Source: a virus (lineage: Duplodnaviria > Heunggongvirae > Uroviricota > Caudoviricetes). Taken from it: DNA of 64,000 nt. Below, piece after piece: positions 49,194 to 58,816 of this stretch. The position numbers and the translations under genes are program-made. The notes beneath the pieces are model-generated. The model did not search any database. It was not told the origin of the DNA and saw only the letters and a program-made list of their open reading frames with translations. The stretch lies in the IMG/VR virus record IMGVR_UViG_2645727901_000008. The stretch is one strand, 5' to 3'. How positions within the stretch are numbered: the stretch's first letter is position 1; each line of letters starts with the position of its first letter.

Positions 49194-50222
49194 TTATGAA
49201 TCCATCAGGCGGCTATTAGCCCCCACAGACACGCCGCCACGGCGCAGATACCGCATAAGTGTTTCCGGTTTCTTCCAGGTTCCTTCCTGCATGATCTCCA
49301 CCATAGACACCTGCTTTTCAGCCATATCGATAGCGGCCCCGACACGAGCACTATGCCCGGTCCACGTCCGGTATCTCCCTTTGTTTGGCGTGGCATCTCT
49401 TTTATTCAGCAACACCCAGGCGTCGCTGAATATTTTCTCCATTGCAGGTGCAGTAAGGGGAGTTGTCGTAATCCTGGCCTTATTGCTACGGTGTATCGGC
49501 GGGAACAGCACCGCGTCAGGATGTTCACGAAGCCCGGAAACATCCAGCCAGTCATTCAGCACTGCGGTAGTGCGACGGGAAAGCACCTTATCAAGCCCGG
49601 CGGCGGTCGTTATTGTCTTCGTGTGTGAAATATGTAGCGTGACAGTGTCACCTGTTTGGTCCAGATCTCCTACACGAATACGCGAGATTTCAGACATTCG
49701 CATCAGCGTATTGTATGCAACGAAGAGGAAAGCCCGGTTACGCAGGTCCACCAGCCGTTCTGACCTGGACAACAGGACGTCGAGCAGTTTCAGATCGTCC
49801 CACCGCAGCGGTATAGCCTGGCCTGTTCGTTCGCCTTTTTCCGTTGCCGCTTCGCGCCGGATGCGCCGCATAGCCAGAGAAACACTTTTATCATCCGAAA
49901 GTGGCGGAAGGCCACAATGCGAAAGCAGCATGTTAAGCATGGCGTAGTGCTTATCAATGGTGGTCGAAGCCAGATCAGCATCATGCAGCTGAAGAAAATA
50001 CTCGCGGGCCATCTCTGGTGAGATCGGGAACCAAGCGAGCTGGCGAGCGTGGCACCATCGCGCCCAGGAGTGAAACACTAACCGGAGATCGCGCAAAGTA
50101 TTCGGCGCGTAAGCCCCCTGGTCATTCATGAACCGCATAAAGTTTTCTGCGGCCTCCTGGTACTCTTTGCCAATGTTGCGCAGAAAACCACCGGAGCTGC
50201 CAGAGATAATTAATTCACTCAT
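49194..50222 (-). CDS. cre: Cre-like tyrosine site-specific recombinase
   Basis: Extended similarity to P1 Cre as recalled (HSWARWC, WFPISPE, SVSLAMRRIRRE, WTGHSARVGAA, LMRYLRR). Confidence 0.9.
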   Translation of the reverse strand: MSELIISGSSGGFLRNIGKEYQEAAENFMRFMNDQGAYAPNTLRDLRLVFHSWARWCHARQLAWFPISPEMAREYFLQLHDADLASTTIDKHYAMLNMLLSHCGLPPLSDDKSVSLAMRRIRREAATEKGERTGQAIPLRWDDLKLLDVLLSRSERLVDLRNRAFLFVAYNTLMRMSEISRIRVGDLDQTGDTVTLHISHTKTITTAAGLDKVLSRRTTAVLNDWLDVSGLREHPDAVLFPPIHRSNKARITTTPLTAPAMEKIFSDAWVLLNKRDATPNKGRYRTWTGHSARVGAAIDMAEKQVSMVEIMQEGTWKKPETLMRYLRRGGVSVGANSRLMDS

Positions 50223-50371
50223 GAAACTATTTAACCTCTATATACAGATGACGCTACGCAAAAATATAAAAATGACAGGGTAGCTATAAGTTAATTTTCA
50301 AAATTCAAGCCTTTGATTCGAGGCACGTATTTTTAGTGATGTCAACACTGATCATCTACCCATGATTATAG

Positions 50372-50407
50372 TCTAACTTTAAATAATGCCAATTATCTAA
50401 AGTTAGA
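50372..50407. other. lox-like recombination site
   Basis: TCTAACTTTAAATA-ATGCCAAT-TATCTAAAGTTAGA: 14-bp inverted arms (1 mismatch) around an 8-bp asymmetric spacer, about 150 bp upstream of the cre start. Confidence 0.7.
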
Positions 50408-50493
50408 AACTTAGGAATTTTTTTCCTTTCCCCGTAGATGGGCAATGCATTGCTGGCGTGGGCTTTAAGTTATGCCTGGCAGTTTTTAAGCAG

Positions 50494-50594
50494 AATTTTC
50501 TAAATTGGATGACAAAAAAATGCATCTTGATCCTTTACTCACCCTGTTATTCGGCATAGATTTGTCATAGTAATTTTATGTTAGAAAACTAAAT
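50494..50594. promoter_or_regulatory. Operator-like sites upstream of the c1-like gene
   Basis: ATTTTCTAAAT (about 50494) and ATGTTAGAAAAC (50578-50589). Confidence 0.45.
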
Positions 50595-50606
50595 CGAGTA
50601 GGAATA

Positions 50607-51644
50607 ATGAGTAAGAAGTCGATCGAGAAAGAGTACAAACGGTTCCTGCAAACCGCTGAACGGTGGAAAGAGCTGGTGGTCGCAAACTCTGTTTTCCATG
50701 ATACCAGTTATGCCGGCGAGGAATTCCGCCACGTTGCACTAACACATGATCAGAATGTACTAGAAGAAGCTGAAAAGTGCCTCACAGAATGGAAAGCCTT
50801 TGTTGACTTGTGCCGTAACGCTGACGGCAAAGCGTCCAACATTGTTGAGTCTGTATATTCTCCGATCCCATTCATTATTGAGGACACAAATCAAAGCACG
50901 CATATTGTTGTGCAAAGCGCGACCACCACCCGCTCATTTACGCGCGAAAATCTGCTCAAAAAATATGATGCAATTATAAAGAAAAGCCTGAAAAACAAGA
51001 TATTTTCGCAGATTGTTGGTGCACTTGAAGAAGAGCGCCGTTTTTTCGCATCAGAACCTGAAGGGGAAGTTTACCGGGCGCGCAAAGATGGATACACAGA
51101 TGTAGTGCTTACAACAAACATTGAAGGCAGCAATGCTCTGTCACGATTCAGGGTAGGCGCACACGGAGCCTTAGTGTTCGCAAAACTTCCGAACACCACA
51201 GTGCCCGTTGTTAATAATGTCGGCGAACGTCGCAGCATTACTATTTATTCTGGGGTTGAGTCGATACCTTGCGGCCTGCTTGGTGACTTTAGCCTCTATC
51301 GCGTTCGCGATCTGGAGAAACACCAACCAAGCTATGTTGCGAAGTCATATATCTTGCGAAACATCGACATCCGCAATGAGAGCTTAAAGAACAAATCAGC
51401 CAAAATGCTTGAGGAAGCCGATCCGGCTATTCGCCATATCATTGAGCGTAAAATACAGACAGCACGCGAAGCGATGGCGAGACTGAATAAAATGGATCTG
51501 GAGTTGTTAGACGTAATGATGACATCCGGAGATGACCTGACAGGCATAAAACTGACAGACGCGCGGAAAAGATACGGTAAAACCATAGAAGAACGTTACG
51601 GGTTCACTTTCTCCCAAACACAGCACGCCGCTAAACTCTGGTAA
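50607..51644 (+). CDS. Putative C1-like master repressor (assignment by position)
   Basis: 345-aa ORF between lox/cre and pacB, preceded by clustered operator-like sites; no recognisable motif. Confidence 0.4.
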   Translation: MSKKSIEKEYKRFLQTAERWKELVVANSVFHDTSYAGEEFRHVALTHDQNVLEEAEKCLTEWKAFVDLCRNADGKASNIVESVYSPIPFIIEDTNQSTHIVVQSATTTRSFTRENLLKKYDAIIKKSLKNKIFSQIVGALEEERRFFASEPEGEVYRARKDGYTDVVLTTNIEGSNALSRFRVGAHGALVFAKLPNTTVPVVNNVGERRSITIYSGVESIPCGLLGDFSLYRVRDLEKHQPSYVAKSYILRNIDIRNESLKNKSAKMLEEADPAIRHIIERKIQTAREAMARLNKMDLELLDVMMTSGDDLTGIKLTDARKRYGKTIEERYGFTFSQTQHAAKLW

Positions 51645-51649
51645 TCACA

Positions 51650-51672
51650 AGCCCCGCATTGCCGGGGCTTTA
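51650..51672. terminator. Bidirectional rho-independent terminator
   Basis: GCCCCG-CATTGC-CGGGGC hairpin with flanking A/T runs. Confidence 0.6.
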
Positions 51673-53178
51673 TATATCCAGATCTGGCATTTCCACATCT
51701 GCAAGAACCTGATCGCGGAAGGTAGCCATTTCAGCGCCGATATCTTCATTAGCAGGAACATAGTCCACCAGCATTGTAAAGCAGTAGGTATCCCATCGGT
51801 CAGGTGATTTGATGTTCAGCTTTTGCCGCATGTGCTCCTTGCGCATCATCGCCATCTTCCCTTCTTCATTAAGTAAAAAGGGGATTTTTGACGCTTGCTC
51901 TGCCGTTTTAGGGTCACTGTCTATTCGCATACGACCTGACTTTATGGCATCACGAGCCATAATATTTGCGTAGGCACGTTGGTTAACAAAACGCTCCTTG
52001 TCTTTGTTCGAAAACATGGGTTTCCCCCACCGAATACGTACCGGATTAGCCCCACGGCGCACCAGCTGCGCACAGGTATCTGAACCAAAACCGTCTGCGT
52101 CAACCGCGATTGTAATATTCGGGTATTTATCCGGCGTGCATTCGTTGTATATAAAGTCAGCAAAAGCCAGCGGGTCCATAGTCCCTGGCATTTCCATTAT
52201 CTTAAAGTTAACAACGCGCCGCTTATTCCTGTGACCTGACACCTTGCAGATGTTAAGGACCGACTTGTCTCGCCCGTTCCCAACGTCAGCTGTCGCTACC
52301 CACCCCCAATTTTTCTCCAACAACACCTTGCGCCGCGCAGCGCGATCGCATTCATCACGACCAAGCAAATAGCCGTTAATCTCCCGAGGGAACTGACCAA
52401 GCACCTTAACCATATACTCAATAGAATCGCGCCCGCCATATTCCAGGAGTTTCTGCCTGATGAATTGTGGTGTGACGAACGGTGATTCTTCTGAGTTAAG
52501 AACAATTGCTGTCCAGATCCCTTTCGGGTTGTCTGGGGTTTTAGCTTGAGAATGGTGCGAATCGTAGAAATAACCACTTGGCCTTGTTGGCTGGGATAGC
52601 ATCAACATTCGGTTATCTTCTTCAGTAAGAGCACCGGTCATTACGCCGATCGCCTTATCAGATATACCAGATGCTTCATCCAGAATTAGAAGCAAATGTG
52701 CCGCGTGTTCCCCCGCCAGCGCTTCTTCGTTGCCGAGTCGATAACCTTTGCAGAGAACTTCCCAAATCCCCTTACGGGAGCGCTCATAAAACATGGTGTC
52801 AGAGAGGACAAAATAGGTCTGCAACCACCCATGACGCTTAACTGCATTCGCCCAATACTGTTTAACGTATTTGAATACGCCTGTTTTTACCTGGCCTATC
52901 TTGTTAGCAACAATGATGACACGGGCATCGGGGAACAGGATCATAAAAATCAACAGCAACATCGCGGTAAGGGACGACTTCCCCGTTCCGTGTCCGGACG
53001 TGACGGTAGTCCTACTCCCCGTTTCCTGCACTGACTGAATGATCTGCTGCTGCTGGTGGGAGGGGAACATCCCAAAAATATCGACAACAGCCTGGGTAAA
53101 GTTGTAGCGGTATTTGATTACCATATCGCGCCAGCGTGGATCGCTGGTGACGCATTTAATCTTGCGCCCGCCAGCCAT
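51670..53178 (-). CDS. pacB: Terminase large subunit (PacB-like)
   Basis: Walker A GHGTGKSS; 502 aa; GGAGGATG RBS. Confidence 0.8.
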   Translation of the reverse strand: MAGGRKIKCVTSDPRWRDMVIKYRYNFTQAVVDIFGMFPSHQQQQIIQSVQETGSRTTVTSGHGTGKSSLTAMLLLIFMILFPDARVIIVANKIGQVKTGVFKYVKQYWANAVKRHGWLQTYFVLSDTMFYERSRKGIWEVLCKGYRLGNEEALAGEHAAHLLLILDEASGISDKAIGVMTGALTEEDNRMLMLSQPTRPSGYFYDSHHSQAKTPDNPKGIWTAIVLNSEESPFVTPQFIRQKLLEYGGRDSIEYMVKVLGQFPREINGYLLGRDECDRAARRKVLLEKNWGWVATADVGNGRDKSVLNICKVSGHRNKRRVVNFKIMEMPGTMDPLAFADFIYNECTPDKYPNITIAVDADGFGSDTCAQLVRRGANPVRIRWGKPMFSNKDKERFVNQRAYANIMARDAIKSGRMRIDSDPKTAEQASKIPFLLNEEGKMAMMRKEHMRQKLNIKSPDRWDTYCFTMLVDYVPANEDIGAEMATFRDQVLADVEMPDLDI

Positions 53179-54542
53179 TAATCATCCTCCGGCGGTTCTA
53201 TCGCGATATCATCATCTCCGGCGTCATACCCTGCATCAGATACATCATAATCACCGTAAATTTCAGCCGTTGCCGAAGGGTCAATATCCAGCTCTTCGTC
53301 GTTGGCCTCGAATTCTCCAGCTTTACGCTCGCCATTGCGGTCGTAATCTCCGCACCCCAATTCTTCAACAATGGTTGCCACATCCGCCCGGCGCTCTGCC
53401 AGCCATTGCGGATGGTTAGCCTGAAGCGTTGCAAACTCCCTTGCCTCTTTGTCCAGCTGTTCATCATCAACATCATTGACGTCAGAAACAGGTGGTTCGA
53501 GAAGAGTGATAGCTTTCGCCGCGCGCGCCGCGAGGATAGCCGGGACGCTGACCCCCTGGCGCTCGATGTATTCAGCAACACCGATATCATCCAGTTCCTC
53601 GCGCTCACGCATACGTATAGCGGCGGCGATAACTCTGGCTGCGCGTGCGTCAGCGCCAATGCGATATTCAATCTCTTTGCCACGCTGTTCGGCCTGTAGG
53701 CGTGCTAATTCGAGTTTTTCTCTGGCCTCAGCCTCTTTGAATGCTTGCTGGCGAGCGCTCTGACGAAGCTTTTCATCCCCCTGTCGCAGCTTTTGTTCGG
53801 ACTGATATATAGCTGCCAACCTACTGATAAAATCATTCATGTAGTAGGCCGCGTCACTGATTAGACCGAGAAGACGCTGCCCAGGGTGCATTCCTTCTGG
53901 CTCTTTATCGCCCAAGGCGTCTATTTCCGCCTGTAGGCGTTCGGCCTCCTGATCAACAATGCTTTGATACTGAAGTGCGCGCTCTTGCGCCATTTGAATT
54001 GCTAACCGCAGGTGTTCTTCTGCGCCGTTCTTCATCATATCGCGAGCCACATTCGTAGTGGGCAATGTGGCACGCTGCACAGCACCGTCAGGGATCATTG
54101 CAGAAGATCCCTCAATTTTTGGGGCGCTTTTATCTTCTTCGGGGATCATTTTCGCCATTTTTTCGCGCAATGATCTCCTGACAGATTCTTTTATCTCATT
54201 GTTATTATTTGCATTATTTTCATGATCCGAAGTTTTCTTTCTCGGCATACTTCGGAAAGAACCTGCGCCCTGCGAATTGTCAATTTCTGTAAATTTTGTT
54301 TTTTCTGCACCCTCTTCCAGCTTTTTTGTTGCTCTTCCCGCCCGTTTTTTTTCAGGTGATTTGGTGCTTTTTTTTGTTGTCTTTACCTGCGACCGCACCT
54401 CATTTTTTTTCATATTGAGATGCTTTCTGGCTGTATTGAAGCTAAGGCCATGCTCCTCACAGTATTCCTTTACAGTGATCCCTTTTTCTTCACGCAACGC
54501 TATAAAGCGGGCGCGGTGCTCCTCCCAATTAACCAGACTCAT
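53178..54542 (-). CDS. pacA: Terminase small subunit (PacA-like)
   Basis: Upstream of and coupled to pacB; contains a GATC-rich pac-like region. Confidence 0.7.
   Translation of the reverse strand: MSLVNWEEHRARFIALREEKGITVKEYCEEHGLSFNTARKHLNMKKNEVRSQVKTTKKSTKSPEKKRAGRATKKLEEGAEKTKFTEIDNSQGAGSFRSMPRKKTSDHENNANNNNEIKESVRRSLREKMAKMIPEEDKSAPKIEGSSAMIPDGAVQRATLPTTNVARDMMKNGAEEHLRLAIQMAQERALQYQSIVDQEAERLQAEIDALGDKEPEGMHPGQRLLGLISDAAYYMNDFISRLAAIYQSEQKLRQGDEKLRQSARQQAFKEAEAREKLELARLQAEQRGKEIEYRIGADARAARVIAAAIRMREREELDDIGVAEYIERQGVSVPAILAARAAKAITLLEPPVSDVNDVDDEQLDKEAREFATLQANHPQWLAERRADVATIVEELGCGDYDRNGERKAGEFEANDEELDIDPSATAEIYGDYDVSDAGYDAGDDDIAIEPPEDD
54090..54230. other. pac-like cluster of GATC hexamers inside pacA
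   Basis: Five GATC sites in about 135 bp. Confidence 0.4.
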
Positions 54543-54931
54543 AAAGCAACACCACGCTTTTTAACGGCGGCATTCCACAGCTTATTCGCCATGTCCACCA
54601 GCTCTCGTTGCTCTTTTCGCGCCTGTTCGACTGATTTCCTGCTACAGTTTTTAACCAGTAAGCTACCGTATTCAGGCGTGCGCCCGCGCACCTTGAACTG
54701 ATATCCGTTCAGACCATGTAGCCAATATTTTCGTGGATACACACGATCATCCAGCTCACAGATTGCCCTGCTTGAACGAACAAAATGACGAATGATGTTA
54801 GTTACACTTACTCGTGAAACATGGAGATGAGGGTATTTTTCTTTGGCGAGAGTGGTAATTTCAGTGACTGTCAGATAGCAGTCAGCCCTGATCATGATAT
54901 CCGCAATTTCTGCGCTGCTGATTTGTTCCAT
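54539..54931 (-). CDS. lpa: Putative late-promoter activator (Lpa-like, by position)
   Basis: 130-aa ORF directly upstream of pacA with an operator-like site upstream. Confidence 0.45.
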   Translation of the reverse strand: MEQISSAEIADIMIRADCYLTVTEITTLAKEKYPHLHVSRVSVTNIIRHFVRSSRAICELDDRVYPRKYWLHGLNGYQFKVRGRTPEYGSLLVKNCSRKSVEQARKEQRELVDMANKLWNAAVKKRGVAL

Positions 54932-55005
54932 TAATCCCCCGGGCAGGAAATGACCGAGGGGATGATAATGAGAATGTTAAAACTGTATAGACTGGTAAAA
55001 AGATG

Positions 55006-55026
55006 ATTATATTAGAAAATTAATAT
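55006..55026. promoter_or_regulatory. C1-type operator-like site upstream of lpa
   Basis: ATTATATTAGAAAATTAATAT. Confidence 0.4.
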
Positions 55027-55039
55027 TAAATACCTAACG

Positions 55040-55432
55040 CTACCAGCGAGACAAACGAACAACATGTTTCACTTTTGCGATCCACTTTCCGCGATAACTA
55101 TTGATTACGGCCTGTGCCAGCTTCAAATTGGCTTCAAAATCAGCCTTACTACCATCAGACTCCACCAGCATTCCTCCATCTATTTCTGGTAAACATAGAT
55201 AATCCTGCTCAACCTGCAGCGGCATTGATGGCTCTCTGAATGGCGTTACTTGCTCTGCTTTCCAGCGAAATCTAACCCTCATCCCCCTGGTGGTCATTAC
55301 TAGATAGCCTGTTATAGTGCTTTTATGGCCCACATCAGTACGCGTGGCATTGCATGACACGATCTTACAGTTAGCGATAGACCACTCCATATTGGTGGCC
55401 TGTTGAGTGCTTAATTTGGTAGTCCCGTACAT
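55040..55432 (-). CDS. Hypothetical protein
   Basis: 130-aa ORF. Confidence 0.4.
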   Translation of the reverse strand: MYGTTKLSTQQATNMEWSIANCKIVSCNATRTDVGHKSTITGYLVMTTRGMRVRFRWKAEQVTPFREPSMPLQVEQDYLCLPEIDGGMLVESDGSKADFEANLKLAQAVINSYRGKWIAKVKHVVRLSRW

Positions 55433-56007
55433 CAGAAAGCCTCCCAGTCAGTCGCGATAATATCCACACCAGTTGCAAACCAGTCTGTCTGCGCCTGTAA
55501 ATCACCATTCATCATTACCAGGCGAGGCATCACCATCACATCGCACCCTTCCACAATATCGAATGCCTCTTCCGGCAAGAATTCGAAGAGCTTTTCTTTG
55601 CTGCCAATGCTGCCACGGAACATCGATATATAGCTCCCTTTAGGCCATGATGTCCGCCGGGCATCAAGCCCTTTCATCATCCAGTAAAAAGCCGAGGAAA
55701 AAGGGATATTCTTTTTGCCAATGATTACATTATTCGCTTCTGTGTACTTCAGGAACTTAACTAACCTTACCATTGACTCGGATAACGCAACGTATGGCTC
55801 ATGATTGATTGCTGACACGCTTACACCGTGCAATCCAACGCTTACCACTGTCATATCGCCGCTTTGTGCGGTTTCGATATTGACGCCTTTGCGAACTAAT
55901 GAGGCGTAAAGTTCCTCTCGCTTTTGGGTCCAGCGTTCACGCTTCCCTATGAAGTCACTCAAAATGAGATCTTCTTCTGCATATGCGTTATCGTTCGCCA
56001 TTAACAT
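55432..56007 (-). CDS. Hypothetical protein
   Basis: 191-aa coupled ORF. Confidence 0.4.
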   Translation of the reverse strand: MLMANDNAYAEEDLILSDFIGKRERWTQKREELYASLVRKGVNIETAQSGDMTVVSVGLHGVSVSAINHEPYVALSESMVRLVKFLKYTEANNVIIGKKNIPFSSAFYWMMKGLDARRTSWPKGSYISMFRGSIGSKEKLFEFLPEEAFDIVEGCDVMVMPRLVMMNGDLQAQTDWFATGVDIIATDWEAF

Positions 56008-56461
56008 AACGTCTCCTTTTTTACACGCGCGACTATCCCCCGGAAGTACCGGTAGTGATGTCGTAACTTCGTATTAATTAAGGGGTACAGCCTGAGCGGC
56101 TATATGATGAATTGAAAGGAGTTGTGGCGGTGGTGCCTCCACCTGCCAGGTTAGCCACTCCCGGCGACGTCACTTATCAGAACGTAGTGAATGAAAATGG
56201 CTTCGTCACGAGCGCATAGCCGCAATTACCACAACGGAAACGGCGCTCACGCTAATTAAACGCCTTTTCCTGTTGTGCGCCGTACTCTTCCGGCTGTCAC
56301 ACCGAATCGCCAGGATGGTGAGTCCTCGGTCCGACGATATGAACGGGGCTTGCACATTCCGGCTACCTGGTTTGTTGCCTGAGCTAGGGGAAAAGGTAAC
56401 CCCTTTAACGTCACCAGACCGCTAACGACGCATGTGCCATACGCCGTGTTACAACCAAATA

Positions 56462-56537
56462 TGGTGGCCCCTACCGGACTTGAACCGGTGACCGTGCGAT
56501 TATGAGTCGCCAGCTCTAACCACTGAGCTAAAGGGCC
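56462..56537 (-). tRNA. tRNA-Ile2-like, anticodon CAT (could be Met)
   Basis: Cloverleaf traced by hand; close to E. coli ileX as recalled; CCA encoded. Confidence 0.8.
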
Positions 56538-56547
56538 AATTAGTGTT

Positions 56548-56661
56548 TTATTTTCGACGCCTGAGATTCTTCGCGACTTGTTCTACGCCGTATACGATCA
56601 CAAGTAGAAACAGCAAAAACCATCCAGGGTTCTTATCGATATACGTCCAAAAATCCATCAT
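56548..56661 (-). CDS. Tiny membrane peptide (37 aa)
   Basis: Hydrophobic core; start overlaps the upstream stop. Confidence 0.3.
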   Translation of the reverse strand: MMDFWTYIDKNPGWFLLFLLVIVYGVEQVAKNLRRRK

Positions 56662-56822
56662 GAGTTCCTGAACGCACCTTCAATAATCGGCAATAGCAAT
56701 ACCACAGCTACTGAAACTAATGCCCCATCAGCCAACACCGACATCACTTTGCTGGTGAAATCCACCAGTACGGACAAAACGAGAAAGCCAATGGCGCCCG
56801 CAATACGCGCCTTGCCAATCAT
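56658..56822 (-). CDS. Small membrane protein (54 aa)
   Basis: ATG overlaps the TerB-like stop (TAATG); two hydrophobic segments. Confidence 0.35.
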   Translation of the reverse strand: MIGKARIAGAIGFLVLSVLVDFTSKVMSVLADGALVSVAVVLLLPIIEGAFRNS

Positions 56823-57256
56823 TACAGATAATCTTCCACACGAAGGCCAAGACGGCGACCAACCTCTTCCAGAACCTTATGCTCCGCAGGTTCGATTTCA
56901 CCATCTGCTTCAGCGATCGTGAGCATGTTCACGAAGACTTCTTCCGCTTCTTTGGGATCGTTTTTGATATCTTCAATTTCGCGGAGGATATTCATGCGAC
57001 CAACACGGAAACCAGCTTCCAGTTGCTCAGTAAAACGGGTGATTGTTGCGGTAATTTCGTTGCCAAAATGACTTAAGCGAGGATTAGAGCGGACAAGCTG
57101 ATCAAGTTTCGCTGTTTCTTCCTTTTCGATTTCACCATCTGCGGCAGACACCAGCAAACAGCCACCGATGATGGCCTCCATCAGATCGCGATTCTCAACC
57201 CTTTTCAGCTCTACTTTTGCTGAAGCGACTTTCTTACCGAAAAATTTACCGAACAT
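56822..57256 (-). CDS. TerB-like tellurite-resistance family protein (P1 TciA-like)
   Basis: TerB-like acidic repeats ADGEIEKEE and ADGEIEPAE; ATG 57256 with GAGGG RBS. Confidence 0.7.
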   Translation of the reverse strand: MFGKFFGKKVASAKVELKRVENRDLMEAIIGGCLLVSAADGEIEKEETAKLDQLVRSNPRLSHFGNEITATITRFTEQLEAGFRVGRMNILREIEDIKNDPKEAEEVFVNMLTIAEADGEIEPAEHKVLEEVGRRLGLRVEDYL

Positions 57257-57523
57257 TGGTTTTCCCTCAATAAACATGACGTATTTATTAGGTTGCGGTG
57301 CCTGGTGCCTCCAGGTGACGTTAACCAGTTAACAATTAACGCCGGGATTTTTGTCTTCACAATTAAGGAGGATTGTTTTAACTGTTCCGCGTGCGCTTAG
57401 CCGCATTCACCGCAATGGTAAGAGCACTTGGCTGGCTGGGCGGCGATGACGCCTGTACGCATTTGGTGAACCGGTTCTGCTTCCGGCATTCGCTTAATTA
57501 GCCAAATACTCTTAACGTTGCAC

Positions 57524-57610
57524 TGGCGGAGAGTAATGGAATCGAACCATCATCGCTTGCGCAATGGGACGGTTTTCAAGACCGCTTGAGCACCATGCTC
57601 CCTACTCTCC
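57524..57610 (-). tRNA. Long-arm tRNA-like gene, anticodon loop CUUGAAA (Ser-TGA-like), atypical D/variable arms
   Basis: 7-bp acceptor stem, TTCGATT T-loop, CCA encoded; anticodon stem-loop resembles tRNA-Ser(UGA) but other arms are non-canonical. Confidence 0.5.
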
Positions 57611-57746
57611 CGTTATTGTGGCGACCGGTGCTGATCTCCGGCTTGCGGTTATTTCAGACTCTCACGGGCGTTTAATTGCCCCGCCGAACAGCTCTTTTCC
57701 GCAATAGCTGCAATGTCTTTCGCGCATCAGCCTGCGCATTCACCAC

Positions 57747-57834
57747 AATGTTGAGAACACTGGTTGTCACGCTGCAACGCAACATTTATTCGTAGATTGG
57801 GATATGACCCCGTTACGCCAGTGTTCTCAACGTT
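57747..57834. repeat. 17-bp inverted repeat (16/17) separated by 54 bp
   Basis: AATGTTGAGAACACTGG ... CCAGTGTTCTCAACGTT. Confidence 0.5.
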
Positions 57835-57983
57835 GTAGTGCCGGTTACGGTTCCGGCCAGGCCTCTTCCTCAACGGGTTGTTCTCCATACGGACTACCGT
57901 TTATTGGTCGTTCCTGCGGTTTATGTTGTGAAGCCAGATGCTTATCTTCTGGTTGCTTCAAAGAGCTGCACTTCATCACAACG

Positions 57984-58056
57984 GTAAGGGTACTTCGTAG
58001 GGATTCGAACCCTCTGCCAAGCACGGCGATCTCCGACGTCGCAAAATACCCTTACC
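57984..58056 (-). pseudogene. Degenerate tRNA-like element
   Basis: GGTTCGAATCCC T-loop and 7-bp acceptor pairing, but no canonical anticodon arm and no CCA. Confidence 0.3.
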
Positions 58057-58064
58057 TGTTGCGT

Positions 58065-58140
58065 TGGTGCCGATTAACGGGATCGAACCGCTGACCATTC
58101 GCTTACAAAGCGACTGCTCTACCAACTGAGCTAAACCGGC
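58065..58140 (-). tRNA. tRNA-Thr (TGT)
   Basis: Canonical cloverleaf, anticodon loop TTTGTAA, CCA encoded. Confidence 0.85.
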
Positions 58141-58144
58141 AATT

Positions 58145-58231
58145 TGGTGGGGAGTGATGGAGTCGAACCACCCGAGTCGCAATGACAGTAGATTTACAGT
58201 CTACCCCGCTACCCCTACGGACTAACTCCCC
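58145..58231 (-). tRNA. tRNA-Tyr (GTA), long variable arm
   Basis: Anticodon stem-loop GTAGA-CTGTAAA-TCTAC as in E. coli tRNA-Tyr; CCA encoded. Confidence 0.75.
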
Positions 58232-58236
58232 TAAAG

Positions 58237-58313
58237 TGGCGATGGTGGGTGGATTCGAACCACCGACCGACAGCTTAGAAGGCTGCTGCTCTATCCTACT
58301 GAGCTACACCATC
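58237..58313 (-). tRNA. tRNA-Arg (TCT)
   Basis: Canonical cloverleaf, anticodon loop CTTCTAA, CCA encoded. Confidence 0.85.
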
Positions 58314-58816
58314 ACTTGCCGGGTACGTCTCCGGCGAGGGCTTCCACCTCCGTATGCTTTTCGGCGCACCGCGCCCTGGCTGCAATTCAGTAACAGGGGA
58401 TGCATAACCCTGGCTTCCAGCGTGATTAGCGCCTTCAGCATGACGGGATATACCCGTAACCAACAAACTTTCCCATATACCATCAAACAATGGCTGTTAC
58501 GCGGGAGGGACGTAACAGGTAAGGGCGCTGACCAGAAAGACCTGACCCTTCTCATTCATCTGGTTAATCACACCAGCGCCCTTGCCTGTTATGTCTCCCC
58601 GTTCCCTAATACACAGACGGGGACACTCTGCGGTCGATTTTTTGACGGGGGACGACTCATACCCCGTGGCGTCTGGCTTCTTAGGCCGCTACCATCATCA
58701 GATCATCGTTTGCATTTACTTTAATGGTCGGTTTCTAAACCGCCGCAAAGCCGCTAACCATGACGAAAACCCTAAAAAAGCCCACCCGAAGATGGGCAAA
58801 TACGCTACATCTCACA

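Noticed and set aside
49194-50407. Cre-like recombinase as a chromosomal integrase with an att site
   Set aside because: The adjacent site has lox architecture and the element carries a full plasmid replicon and partition systems; no tRNA-adjacent att or integrase context was seen
57984-58056. tRNA-like element as a functional tRNA
   Set aside because: T-loop and acceptor pairing are present but no canonical anticodon arm can be drawn; kept only as a pseudogene-like call
57804-58724. Plus-strand ORFs of 96 and 180 aa across the tRNA cluster
   Set aside because: They run antisense through four or five well-formed minus-strand tRNA genes and have no RBS or recognisable domains
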